From positions 740 through 64,739 of the forward strand of contig JAUCBJ010005087.1 of NCBI GenBank assembly GCA_032718475.1: a stretch of DNA of 64,000 nt, in the 5' to 3' direction. Below, piece after piece: positions 9,470 to 22,965 of the stretch. Origin of the DNA: Nemertoderma westbladi (Eukaryota; Animalia; Xenacoelomorpha). Each line of letters starts with the position of its first letter. The stretch's first letter is position 1. Below the pieces are notes generated by a model. The model searched no databases and was not told where the DNA came from. It worked only from the letters and a program-made list of their open reading frames with translations. The translations under genes were made by a program, and so were the position numbers.

Positions 9470-10653
9470 ATTTTCCCGGAAAACGTTAACCCTCTAGCGG
9501 GAGACTGGGTAACTGAAGAAGGAAGGATTAGTTTCCCTACAAAGCCACAGCCTATGGTCTATTACATATCTACCAAGTTTCCGATTGACGGATCATAAAT
9601 AACGAAATGTTGGAAGGTTTTCACTTTCATACATTTAGCCCTCTAGCGGCATATTAAAGAACTACGGATCGATCACCTTCCTCACAAAGACGAGGCATGT
9701 GGTCTAGTACATACCGGTACTGTATATTCCAAAATTCAGCTTAAATAGATTAAGATCAAGGAATTCGCGAAGGTTATCACTTTCCTACATTTCGCCCTCT
9801 AGCGGCAGACTCGAAAACTCCGGACCGATTACTGTCCACACAAAGACTTAGGATGTCTTCTAGTACATATATGACAAGTTTCAGCTTGATCAGATCATAA
9901 ATAACTAAATGGAAGAATAATTTCACATTCGGGACATTTCGCCCTCTAGCGGCAGACTGGAGAACTGCAGACAGATTAGCCTCCTTTGAAATTTACAGCT
10001 AATGGTCTAGTACATACTTCCCAAGTTTCAGCTTAAACGGATTAAAAGCAAAGAAATGGGTGGCCATTTAATGTTTAGACATGTGGCCCTCTAGCGGGAG
10101 ACCATTGCACTGATGGTGTCTGAAAGTCTCTCAAAAATCTCACCTTTTGCTCATATTGATACCTACAAATTTTCAACTTGGCAGCTTTAAATCCGACAAA
10201 GTTATTAGCATGTCAAAATCGTAACGACGACAACGATTTCACTTTCAGACCTTTGGCCCTCTAGCGGCAGACTGGAGAACTGCAGATGGATTCGCCTCCT
10301 TTGAAAGTCACAGTTAATGGTCTAATACATATCTGCCAAGTTTCAGCTTAAACGGATTAAAAGCAAAGAAATGGGAGGGCATTTAATGTTTAGACATGTG
10401 GCCCTCTAGCGGGAGACCATTGCACTGATGGTGGCTGAAAGTCTCTCAAAAATCTCAACTTTTGCTCATATTAATACCTACAAATTTTCAACTTGGCAGC
10501 TTTAAATCCGACAAAGTTATTAGCATGTCAAAATCGTAACGACGACGACGACGACGACAACGACGACGACGACGACAACTATTTGCATAAATTGACCCAC
10601 CCCCTAACAGTGTCAATTCGCTAAGGCTCCGCCAACTTCGTGGCTCGCCCCAC
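9470..10653 (+). mobile_element. DINE-1/Helentron-associated-like repeat with internal ~150-165 bp tandem units
   Basis: Repeated CCCTCTAGCGG...CAAGTTTCAGCTT units, a (GAC)n microsatellite at ~10540-10578, and a conserved end AAGGCTCCGCCAACTTCGTGGCTCGCCCCACA shared with ~16500, ~17030 and ~54000(-). Confidence 0.6.
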
Positions 10654-12799
10654 AGTACGTACTGATGTTTGTTTTTTGTATTCGCAACTTACTGGAGTCT
10701 CGCATTAACTTCCCAAGTAAATGAGAACACGCTTTTCGCGCAACTCTTTCTTCTGTAAGATGCCATCTGTTAATTATGTTGGCTCTCTTGACTTTGTTGG
10801 GGTAAATAATGTAGGGGCCTACTACTGTAAGTCAACCTACAGGGCCCAACCATCGTGGTTTGGAATATTCTCTTCTTTCTGTCTACGTTAGCATTTTTAT
10901 TTATACAATGACAAAAATGTAGGAATTCAATTGAATGTTAATTCTACGAATAAAATACAGTTTATACAATTCAGTAGAAACGGTTATGAGTTTATATAAT
11001 TATATTTGATAATATTTCATTAGTATTTAAAAGTTAAAAATATATATAAAACATGAATTCATTTGTATTCCATTGAATCCAATATATTGAAACTCAAGTG
11101 TGTGAAACCAACTTTATAAGGGACTGACAACGTAGGTATTTAAATACCTAAAGCCTTGAAGCCACTGTCGCTGGTGACAATTGGGTTGAAGGGATTATTA
11201 TATGCGCAGTTTCCCATAGAACAATGAAGAATTGATCGATATCTCTTTCTTGATAGAATTCATCAATATTATTACGTTGGGGTGGTTTACGTGCCCAACT
11301 AGTTTATATTTCTCAGCTTGATTGATTAATATTATCAAAGCAACAGGGGTAACTTAAAATTAATGGTATAACTTTTGTTGGGCAGAGCTTTACAAAGTTT
11401 CTCAAAACAGCATTCTTGTATTCTTGTATATATATTTAGCGATTTAAAATTCACACAGCAATAATAAATTATAAAATTAATTTATTTCGTGTATGCCAAA
11501 TCTAAATTACCGCTTGACTAATGGACCTGTGGTAAATTTATATAGAAATAATTTTCCGCCGCAAAATATTATTACTTTATTATCGCTGGGTAATATTACG
11601 ACCGATTAACATCTCAGGTCCCATTTGCATTTATGTCCAATGAATGTTGGTCCCCAACTGCCTGCGATCTTAGGTCCTGAAATTATTCTGCAATATTATT
11701 TTGGTTAAGAAACCTTGATTACTCTACACTATGCCCCGCCATATAGTGTCGTAATTCAGTGGCAAGGACCCCCCAAATATTTCTAAAATTTTTTATAGAT
11801 TGGACACATACTTTGGTTTTCCGTCAATGTATTAGACGTGAAATGATGTTTTGTGTAGACCTACAGCCCCATAATTATGCCGAGACTACAGAGTTTGCTT
11901 ATTCGATAATTCAATGTGCTTCTACGTTATTTAGATCTCCATTCATCTAAAAGTGAAAGAAAAGTTAATTTCCATGGAGATTTGCACGCCTATATTAATC
12001 TGTCTGTGTCAATCACAATTGGATACAGTAGTACATTAGGGTACCCAAAAAAACCCGAGTCAATTTATTTTCGGGTGTTATACTGTACATCTACTGTATT
12101 ATGAGTAAACTATTCAAATGTACTTCTGAAACTGAAAAACGAACCGTAATGTTGGAGCTATAAAATGACATACTGTAAGTAAGCCTACAGTACCGGTAAG
12201 CCTATAGAAAATATTTAAAATAGCAATACACCCAATTATTTTATCTTCTTTAATTTTAGAAATAATTATTTAAAATGATATATTATGTGCGTCGAAATAA
12301 CTATACAGTATAAGAATAACTAAATAACTGCTGTATAATTAAATTAGGTCATCATTCATACAGTATGCGCACCTCTGGCAAGTTACATTACATACATACA
12401 GCGGTATTTGCTGTAACTTAAAAATACAGCATGTTATGTCTTTTTATGCTCCAAGACTGCCTTAACTTCGCATGCATTTAGATACCTTATAGCATACTGT
12501 ATAAATATGTAGTGTATAGTTAATTAAATAATACCTTAGATGTTCTTCTTTGATATCATCTTTAGCGCATCTAGCTGTGTCATCCGGTACTGAATCTTCT
12601 GTTATCTCCCCAGTGACATTCCCTTCATCCAATGAAACATCCTTAGCGATCTGCACTTTAACCACAACTGCCGGCGATGGCGATTGGGTGTTTAAAGAAG
12701 CTGTTGCCATAGTAGTTATAAAATCATTATTCATTTATTGGTAATAATATACGTTGTTAAAATATTTTATTTTATCAAAAACAGTCATTTCTCGCAAGG

Positions 12800-13325
12800 A
12801 GAAAATATTTAAATCCTAAGAGCTTATGGAATACCAGAGGTAATTGTGGCTGGCATTGGATTGTTATATTGTGACACAGAAGACTCAGGTACTCTCACCA
12901 GATGGTGAAACTGAGTTCTTCTCAATCCTGGCTTGCGTACTGCAAGGTGGCACATTGGCGCCATTACTATTCGTAATTGTACTGGATTACGCAATGATGA
13001 CGGCCACAAAGGGTGAAGATCTGGGATTCACACTACAAGAACGCAGAAGTAGTAGATATCCGGCAACTACACAGTCACAGACACCGACTTTGCGGATGAT
13101 ATCGCCCTGCTCTCTAATACGCTAGCAGATGCACATCATTCAGGAGAAATTCTACTTCTCTGGCAACCAACTCATGGAAAGCGTAGTAGTGGACGACCGG
13201 CCATAACATATATAGATCAACTTGAAAGGGATACTGAACTTGGGAGAAACGAAATTGCGACAACTATGGAGAATCGGGAAGCCTGGAAGGATCTCATTTC
13301 CACTGTCCGAGCTCGCTCGACCTAT
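12800..13325 (+). pseudogene. Decayed RTE-type LINE fragment (RT to 3' end, internally deleted)
   Basis: ILRAYGIP, VLQGGTLAPLLFVIVLDY, DFADDIALL, then LLWQPTHGKR...RPAITYIDQLERDT. Confidence 0.8.
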
Positions 13326-14299
13326 TACTGTAGAAGTACTGTACTATCAACTTTTGTGGTTGCAGTGCAAGACGTTATAATAGAGTCGAAAATCTTTTAG
13401 AATTTACATTTTTCAATTTAAAAATTTCCAATTCCAAAAGTTATATTTATATTATATACAGTACAGTACAGTAGGCCTAGGCTTATTGATTTATAAGTAC
13501 AGTCAATATCAATCAAATAAATATCAAAAAAATTCATCAAATATCAATGTTATAATTATGTAACTGTATATAAAAATAAACAAATAGAAAGTTGTGCAAT
13601 TACATAAGTTTTTAAACTCTTATTGTTGAATTAGAAACGCAATAACTTTATTATTATAATATAATTATAAACAGCACGAAGCCACAGAACAGTTCCAATA
13701 AAGCCATATGAACATGAAGAAGAGACTGGCCTCTCATCTAATCCACTTGTAGGATTAAGTACACCAGCTTCTTTATCTTATTATTTATAATATAATGTAA
13801 CCTGGCAACCAGATTACAAAGTTATCAATTATGCTGTATACAATACATTGAACTGCTTTGCACTTTAAATTCAATGGCGGAATATAATCAATAATGTACA
13901 GCCAACGAATAGATTTAGTTTCACTCACCTCCTCTGTGGGTGAGCCAGGATTTTTATTTTTTGCTCTCATTTTTTTGCTACCAGCGTTTAAAAAATGTGT
14001 CTCAGTCGATATTTCACCAGTCGTACAGCAGTTATTCCTAAACCTTATAGCGATTCGTTACCAGTACCACCCACCTCCTCACTCACCATCCGACCGACTG
14101 ATCAACAGACCAAGACCACCCCCCCCATAAGGACTTCGTGCAGCACGTGAATACCAAAAATACCCTCATGTGAACTTTCCCAGACTGTTTGGGAAGATGG
14201 TCGAAAATACGAAAGTTCGCCAATGATAGAGAATGGGCCAAATTCCTTTCTGATGTGTTTCTGATGTGTGCCGGGAATCTTCACATGCTGATTTGGGCA

Positions 14300-14472
14300 G
14301 AAATCCAGGTATTCATTTAGCTACCATTTAAGGATACAATGCAAAGATGTCTGGCTAAACCTTTCAAAGCATTCGTGCCGAAACGAAAACTGACTCGGTT
14401 CCCATGCGGGGGTTGAACCCACAACATCTGAGAGATGTGTATTCAATCTAACCCCTGCACCAAGGTGGGCCC
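14300..14472 (-). mobile_element. tRNA-derived SINE head + core (same family as 25526-25849)
   Basis: Minus strand reads CCACCTTGGTGCAGGGGTT (A box)...GGGTTCAACCCC (B box)...CAGTTTTCGTTTCGGCA...ATCCTTAAATGGTAGCTAAATGAATACC, matching the 25.5-kb copy. Confidence 0.7.
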
Positions 14473-14859
14473 CGGACAAAGTCGGAACAGGTGTCAGATA
14501 CCGTCAGATCTGATCAGATCAAATAAGGACAGACGTTTTAGCCATCCTAGAAAGATACTGTCTGACAGTTGGTATCAGACTATATGACAGTTGCGGCCCA
14601 GAGGTAAATCCTTACCTCATGGTGAGTGAGCTTGGGGAAGATCTTCTCTGTGCTGGGGGTAAGAGCGCGTAAGAAAAGGGGGAAGAGGGGGAAAGAATAG
14701 GGGTATGGATCTATAAATAGCAATAACCAATAGGACCTTTAGTGGACGATTCTCGATAGTTGTTATAAATATACCCACAACCTATCATTAAAGAATAACA
14801 GTTAAATACCCACCTATCATTACACACTTTACTTTACATTAGGCCTACATTACTTAACC

Positions 14860-15520
14860 ATACATACCCACCCATCCCTACATACCTACTTAGACGTACC
14901 CTCCCACCCAGCTAAGCACACCTACTTACCCGTACCCACACACACCTAAGCACACCTACTTAACCGCTCCCACCCACCCATCCCATCACGTCTACATAGC
15001 CGCACCCAACCAACCTCCCACCTACAGTAAGCACTTCTATTTAACCGCACCCACACACATACCTAAGCACGTCTACTTAACCGCACCCACCCTCCCACTT
15101 AAGCACATACTTAACCGACCCACCCACCTAAGAACGTCTAATTAACCGCACCCACACACCAACCTAAGCACGTCTACTTAACTGCACCCACTCTCCCACC
15201 TAAGCATGTCTACTTAACTGACCCACCCACCCACCCACCCACCTAAGCACGTCTTCTTAACCGCAGCCACCCTCCCACTTAAGCACACCTACTTAACCGA
15301 CCCACCCCTCCCGCCCACCTACCAAAGCACAAATACATAACCGCACCCACACACCAACGTAAGTACGTCTACGTAACCGCACCCACCCACCCACATAAGC
15401 ACGTCTACTTAACCGCACCCACACACCAAACTAAACACGTCTACTTAACCGCACTCAACCTCCCGTACCCCTACACATCTAATTACCCGCACTCACCTAC
15501 CCCTACTCATCCCTCCCTCC
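14860..15520. repeat. C/A-rich degenerate minisatellite (~35-40 bp)
   Basis: Repeated CACCTAAGCACGTCTACTTAACCGCACCCAC units. Confidence 0.85.
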
Positions 15521-16084
15521 CACACCCTAGTTACGAGGCTCAGCACGAGGCTCAGTTATGAGATATAAATTAAAATTGAGCAATTCTAACACAAAATCTG
15601 TATTTAAGAAAGTAACCAAACCGCAAATAAATCATAAGAGGGGAAAGTTGCTCGCTTTCAACCCCCCCCCCCCCCCCCCTTAATCTGCACCCCAACCCAA
15701 AGGCACACAGAGGATTGTTGACAGGCAGGTATTGACAGAAAATTGGTGTTTTAAAAGTAATATATTTTAGGCGTGGAGGCGAAACAATTTATAAGAAATA
15801 TTATAACTTACCTTATGACGTTTTAGTATTGATACTGAAATATTAATTTACCATGTTGATGTCACAACAAAATTATTTAGCTATATTTATTCTAAAGAAT
15901 CTCCATTAAATACTCAGCCAATCATTTTGCGAGATAAACCATAAGCAAGCTGTCTTATTACTCTAGGGCCTAAACACTATTGCATGTCCTATATAATTAC
16001 ACCTAGCTGGAATAGTGGTGAGTTAGAACTGGTCGGACTGATTCCTAGCCCGGCAAACACACCGGACTTGTTCTAGCACAGATC

Positions 16085-17045
16085 TGATGTTTCAGCTAAA
16101 TCAGTGATTGCACTTTAGGACATTTTGCCCTCTAGCGGCAGACTAGAGAACTGCAGACAGATGAGCCTCCTTTGAATGACACAGTTAATGGTCTAGTACA
16201 ATGGGCCATACAGTACATGGACTAGAACGGGTTTAAAGCAAAGAAAATGTGAGGATATATAATAGACATGTAGCCCTCTAGCGAGAGACTGAGGATTTGA
16301 TGGTGTCTGGAAGTCCCTAAAAAACAAAACTTATGGTCTTATTGATGCCTACTAATTTTAGACTCGAAAGCTTTAAATCCGACGAAGTTATAAGTAAGTC
16401 AAAATCGTAGGGACGATGATGACATACAGTACAATTATTGAATGAACTATTTGCCATAATAGATCTACCCCCCTAAGAGATAGCGCCAGTTCGCAAAGGC
16501 TCCGCCAACTTCGTGGCTTGGACCCTATACCCCATGCTATAAAATGTATTCGATCGATATACAATTATATATTAATCCGCTAGGTGGTGTCAAATTATTA
16601 TTCTGCAATTTCGTACTTGTACAGTACAGCAGTACCGTACCGGTAGGCCTATGTCATTACATCGGAGTCTCTAGCCGATCCCCAATTAAATGTCTTAACT
16701 TTTCAATTTCGTAGAAGATAGACTTTATGATTCTCTACAAGCAACCAAAATTTCAGCTCTGGAAAATGAGGCGTTCCCGAGAAATTTAACATTTTCTAAA
16801 AACCACATAATCTGTCGTAGCTGACGTCAGACTGCATGATTTATCACCAAACTTTACAAATTTTCTAAACTTTCCTCTACTACTTACCTACTAAGTTTGG
16901 TTCAATTTCAAGTCAGCGATGCCGAGAAATTCGCGTTCAAAGATTTACCAGACAGACAGACGGACGGACGGACAGACGGACATGCCCCATTTGCCCTATA
17001 TGAACCGTATGCCAAGGCTCGCCGACTACGTGTCTCGCCCCACAC
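16085..17045 (+). mobile_element. Two adjacent DINE/Helentron-like repeat copies
   Basis: 16085-16525 resembles the 9.9-10.6 kb units and end motif. ~16670-17045 has a (GACA/GACG)n microsatellite and the end AAGGCTCGCCGACTACGTGTCTCGCCCCAC. Confidence 0.55.
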
Positions 17046-17391
17046 TATTATTTCTGTATCAATCAATAATTGTGCTTAATTTGTGTTGTAATACGTTTTA
17101 AAGCTATACTACTGTCAGACTGTTTGAAATAATTATGTGCTCGAGCGGTAACAGTCCGCATCGATAATGTTGGGCTAAAGGAGTACGCGGGCGCACTACA
17201 TAGCAACTGCTAGGTAGCAACGGCCCTAAATGCCTGGCAAGGCTAGTAAGCGAGCGAAAGACTAGGCGGCTCGGTGGTTTGAAATGAGCGGAGAGCTAGG
17301 CCTGTTAGCCCAAGGTAGTAAAGGGGAGGCAATCTAGTCCTGCGCTTTCTTCAGCTATTTTGTGGGGTAAGATCCTAGGAGGCTTAGATCA

Positions 17392-18575
17392 TCTATGCTA
17401 GTGCTATGCTATGCTAGTGCTATGCTATGCTAGTGCTATGCTAGTGCTATGCTAGTGCTATGCTAGTGCTATGCTAGTGCTATGCTAGTGCTATGCTAGT
17501 GCTATGCTAGTGCTATGCTAGTGCTATGCTAGTGCTATGCTAGTGCTATGCTAGTGCTATGCTAGTGCTATGCTAGTGCTATGCTAGTGCTATGCTAGTG
17601 CTATGCTAGTGCTATGCTAGTGCTATGCTAGTGCTATGCTAGTGCTATGCTAGTGCTATGCTAGTGCTATGCTAGTGCTATGCTAGTGCTATGCTAGTGC
17701 TATGCTAGTGCTATGCTAGTGCTATGCTAGTGCTATGCTAGTGCTATGCTAGTGCTATGCTAGTGCTATGCTAGTGCTATGCTAGTGCTATGCTAGTGCT
17801 ATGCTAGTGCTATGCTAGTGCTATGCTAGTGCTATGCTAGTGCTATGCTAGTGCTATGCTAGTGCTATGCTAGTGCTATGCTAGTGCTATGCTAGTGCTA
17901 TGCTAGTGCTATGCTAGTGCTAGTGCTATGCTAGTGCAATGCTAGTGTTACGCTAGTGCATGCTAGTGCTATGTTAGTGCTATGCTAGTGCTATGCTAGT
18001 GCTATGCTAGTGCTATGCTAGTGCTATGCTAGTGCTATGCTAGTGCTATGCTAGTGCTATGCTAGTGCTATGCTAGTGCTATGCTAGTGCTATGCTAGTG
18101 CTATGCTAGTGCTATGCTAGTGCTATGCTAGTGCTATGCTAGTGCTATGCTAGTGCTATGCTAGTGCTATGCTAGTGCTATGCTAGTGCTATGCTAGTGC
18201 TATGCTAGTGCTATGCTAGTGCTATGCTAGTGCTATGCTAGTGCTATGCTAGTGCTATGCTAGTGCTATGCTAGTGCTATGCTAGTGCTATGCTAGTGCT
18301 ATGCTAGTGCTATGCTAGTGCTATGCTAGTGCTATGCTAGTGCTATGCTAGTGCTATGCTAGTGCTATGCTAGTGTTATGCTAGTGCTATGCTAGTGCTA
18401 TGCTAGTGCTATGCTAGTGCTATGCTAGTCCTATGCCAGTGCTATGCTAGTGCTATGTTAGTGATATGCTAGTGCTATGCTAGTGCTATGCTAGTGCTAT
18501 GCAAGTGCTATGCTAGAGCTATGCTAGCGCTATGCTAGTGCTATGCTAGTGCTATGCTACAGTAGTGCTAATGAT
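17392..18575. repeat. 11-bp tandem satellite (GCTAGTGCTAT)n, about 105 units
   Basis: Near-perfect tandem array with degenerate ends. Confidence 0.97.
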
Positions 18576-18642
18576 ATGCTACACTAATGCTAAGCTAGTG
18601 CTAATGCTAAGCTAACGGTAAGTGTTAACGTTGTATTGTTGG

Positions 18643-18936
18643 CAGAGGCGTAGCTAGCCCTTCTGGCGCCCAGGGGAATGAAGCTGAGATAGCCCCCCCC
18701 CCCTTCAATAATTTTAACTTTTCATTTATGGCGGTTTTTTTTAATATTATATAACAGAATATAATATTAAAAAAAATTATGACACATGTCCTGTATACTG
18801 TATCACAATCCCTGAATTTTCTCTGATTTGTCCTATTTTTACAAGAATACCCTGACATTTTGCTTGGCATTTCAGCGCCCCCGGGTGAGTGCGCCCGGGG
18901 TAACATTCCCCCCTACTCCCCCTCACTACGCCTCTG
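18643..18936. mobile_element. hAT-type MITE
   Basis: TIR CAGAGGCGTAG...CTACGCCTCTG. 8-bp TSD ATTGTTGG at 18635-18642 and 18937-18944. Confidence 0.85.
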
Positions 18937-18987
18937 ATTGTTGGGCGGGGGGGGGGGGGGGGGGGGGGAAACTCGACGCAAAACCCG

Positions 18988-19190
18988 CCTTGGCGAATTA
19001 ATATCCCGCCTCAATGTTAAATTCTCAATTTAGGGAAAGGAGCAGGTTACAGTGGCACGTTATTTTAACCAAAACAATAAACTAAACACAATATTACAGG
19101 TAAAAGTTTTATTTTGGAGAGTAATCAACTGTTATTTGCGTCGAATTTCCCCTGGAGAGGGATTAATTTTTATTGCGTCCAGTTTCTCTC
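18988..19190 (+). repeat. Unclassified dispersed repeat (other copies 58090-58320 and partial 57088-57148)
   Basis: TTGGCGAATTAATATCCCGC...GGAGCAGGTTACAGTGGCACG...GTCGAATTTCCCCTGGAGAGG is shared between the copies. Confidence 0.75.
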
Positions 19191-19459
19191 ACTATTTGAC
19201 TAGGTCATGATGATTCTCTCCTAGGGATTATCTTCAGCGGATAAATAAGTAACTGGTGGCTCTTTTCTCTTGACTGTTACCTATACGATATGGTGTACAA
19301 CTCGTAACTCCCAATTTGAACACACAAAAATCAATGACAATATAAATATACAAAATATAAAAACAAAAAAAAACAAAATATACAAACAAAATAAATTCAA
19401 GACAATCGATTTCAGTGGGAGAAGTCATTAGGTTTAATGGAGACGAAATGTGAAGTGGT

Positions 19460-21330
19460 TGCCATTCAGCAAATATTAGAAAGCTAATAACATTGTTTAG
19501 TGAGGAAGTTGCTAATGAACTTGAAACCATCGAGCAAACCTCAGTAGAAGAAGGATAATTCTCCTCTGATAATGACAATGTCCAGGTATTGTATGATGAA
19601 GAAAATGTGATAGTGATACTTGGTTTGTCCAATCCTGGACTAACCAAGTAAAATTATGTCACTTAATTCATCGGAACAACGAACTAGCGGCTTATGAGGA
19701 CGATGAATCAAAAGCCACAGTGGAGAGGTACAATGCAAAGTTGAGAGATGAACATGCAGTCAAATTCTTCACTCAAGAAGCTGTTGAACCTAACACTTAT
19801 GACAAGACGCTGTCCATGGGAGAAGAATTAGCAAGACAAATTCAAGAGACAACTACCCGATTCATTAAGGAAGAGGGACGTTATAAGATAGGTATTCTAC
19901 TCAGGAAGGGAGAACCCAGCTTCATTAACAACTTACCCCTTGCAGTCAAAAGATTAGAACAATTACATCGTCGACTATCAAGCAACGAAAGAGCGAAGGA
20001 GATGTATAAGAGGCAATTAAAGAAGTTCATCGAAAAGGGATACACTGAGCGAGTGCCTGTAGGAGCCAAAGTAACGGAGCAGATGTATTTTCTCACCCAT
20101 CATTACCTCCCCAAACATGGTAAACCAAATGAAGTCAGAGTAGTCTTTGATGGCTCAGCCCTCTACAAGAAGGGTCAATCCCCGAAATCAGAACTATTGC
20201 CAGGACCCAACTTATTGCAATCTCTGTTGGGCATTTTATCTGTCGGCAATATTCTATTACGTTTGCCTCCTATATCGAAGGTATGCTTCTGCAGGTAAAG
20301 GCATTGCCTAAAGCTTGGGATAGTTTACATTTTTTATGGTGGTCAGAAGGAGACTTCAACCAAGATCCTGTTGAGTATTGGATGACCATCCAAGCTTTCG
20401 GCATTATCTCAAGTCCATCTAACGCCTGCTCCACGCGAACAAACACGGACCAGAACAGAGACGCCTTCCCCAAAGCTGTCATTGACAACATCAAGAATGA
20501 CATATACATGGATGGCAATTTGAAATCCCTGCTCACAGTAGCGAAAGCAATAGAGGTAGCACAGGGTACAGTCGATTGTCACAAGAAAGGAGGATTTGGA
20601 TTAACTAAATTTACCAGCAACTCTAGAGAGTTTCTAGAGGCAATTCCTGAGAGTGAACAAGAAAACAAAGATCTGGACCTCATTAAGGACGACCTACCTG
20701 AGACCAAAATGTGATGATGGTCCAAAACGTGCAAAATGGTCTTTCAGTTCAAAAATAGCGCGACAATCCTGTTAGAAATAAAAGGAATTGCCTGAGTATT
20801 CTGTAAACCTATTTCGATCCCTTGGGATTCATCAGTCCCGTAACCCTTGTTGCTCGGAACCTTGTACAACAAATGTGGTTGGAGAATCACTCTTGGGATG
20901 ACACGCTACAAGGAGAACTGTTGACGTAATGGATGAAGTGGGAAGATTCTCTTCGAGCTATGGAGGAGTTTAAGATCCCTTGATCATATTTTGGACACTT
21001 TCTCCCTTCGTATTCCTATCAACTCCACGTGTTTGGAGATGTCAGCGATATTGGAATCGGCGTTGTTGCTTACTTCAGAGTGGAAACCCCAGAGGGAATC
21101 AAGGTATCACCCGCAGCTTCAAAATCCCTCATTAATAACAAGTTGCGGAACTAAAGACGGCCTTATACACTACTGCAATCAGAAAGAACTTTACAGAACA
21201 GGTAAACTATAAACTAGATAAAACCTTCTATTGGACGGATGCCACATTGGTGTTAGAAATCTCACTAACCAACACTATCAATTTAGTGTCTTCGTTACCG
21301 AGTTACGAGTTGCTATTATACTCACCTGAA
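19460..21330 (+). pseudogene. Decayed BEL/Pao pol fragment (RT + RNase H), relative of element B
   Basis: VRVVFDGSA, LLPGPNLLQSL, AFGIISSP, DIYMDGNL, YFDPLGFISP and LHVFGDVS motifs with stops and frameshifts. Collinear with ~40400-42300(-). Confidence 0.88.
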
Positions 21331-22179
21331 CAGAAAAAATTGCCCCCCCCCCCTGCTCTTCCCGTATCCCATTCAAAATTAATTAATTTGGCAATTACTA
21401 AATGATTCCCTTTATAAAAAAAGGCTTTATAAAATATAACCAATTATGAATGTGTTCATTAATACAATAGAAAAGGGAATTAATATTCCACACACTAAAG
21501 TGATCTGTGGTGAATAAAAAACTTTTCGGTCAGAAAGTCCAGACTTTTCGGCATTATCATCACTGCGGTGAACTTTGATACTCCGAAGAGAGGTTAGAGA
21601 GTGAGGCATTTTACTATCTGATTCAGCTCCATCTCAACAAAGTAGCATACTACTGGTACCTTTGTTACATCGTTGAAGGTTGGATGACCAAAGTGCCAGT
21701 TGACAATTCCATTCTCCATCATATCCATCTTGTGTAGAAGAACAGATGGCTCTTCAATGGTCAGAAACCACTCTTCAGAATCACCAATAATCAGGATGCT
21801 AAAATACTGTCATGCCCATAACTTAGGGTGACTGTTGCATCCGCGTGTGAGGACCAAAGCCAATAGATGACACTCAGACGTGTAGCCACATTCTTACTTC
21901 TTAGTTCCCAATTGGGACAACAGTATGGCCCACTGCCAAATGATGAGTTGAGGCACTGGAGAACACATGTTCTGATGTTCTGGACAAAATAAAAAATCGA
22001 GGTTGCAGCAGATGCCTTGTGGCAGCAACATATGCCACAAGGTTCAATGAATGTGCAAAACATGGACTGACATACGAGACAAAAGTTTTAGGCAGTGTAA
22101 CAAAATTTTAACGGGATTTAACGGGTGTAACGGGTATGAGTGTAACGGTGTAAGGTGTAACGGGATTTTAATGTTGAAC

Positions 22180-22715
22180 TCGCCCCATGGTGGGGTGGTT
22201 TCTGGGAACGTCTGGTGGGTTTATCCAAACGTTGTTTAAAGAAAACACTCGGTGAAATGAGGACTGCCGTTCTAGATGTTGAACACGTAATAAACAACCG
22301 ACCGCTTACCTTCGTCTACCACGATGATATTGATGACATTGAGCCCTTGGGGGAGTTACACTGTCCCGTTAAAGACGAAATCAACTCTATTGTAATGCGA
22401 AAACGTGGAAAACTAGTTAATGCCTATTGGAAACGATGATCGAAAGAATACCTCAGCGAATTACGAGAACACTATAAACCACTCGTCCCCAATCAAAACA
22501 ACAGAGTCGAACCCAGTGTTGGTGATTTAGTTCTCGTACACGAGGAAAAGATGCCACGATCTCGATGGAGACTCACTAAAATTAAACAAACTCATACAGG
22601 TCGTGACGGAAGGATTAGAAGTGCCACTGTAAAGGTCTACGCCGCTCACAAGAAAAAAACAGTGGAACTCAATAGACCAGTGACATGTCTTTATCCTTTG
22701 GAAACAAATGACTGA
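22180..22715 (+). pseudogene. BEL/Pao integrase C-terminal fragment (different family)
   Basis: [63 protein letters not shown] and LNRPVTCLYPLE motifs. Confidence 0.85.
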
Positions 22716-22965
22716 AATTTATTATCTATTGGTTGTAGGGTTGTAATCTACGAAATGTGTTGTTTATATTATTATTTGAAGCTTGGTTAATTCACATAAC
22801 AGCATAAATCGACTATTATTTTGTTTCTTGTTATAAAAGTAGGATATTTAGAGTATAGACTTTATACTAATTTGGTTTTTTTGACATTGTGAATAATTTT
22901 TTTTGAACTTTGTTCAAAACTTTGCTCAGAACTTTGTTCAACTTTGTAAATTAACTTGGGGGAAA

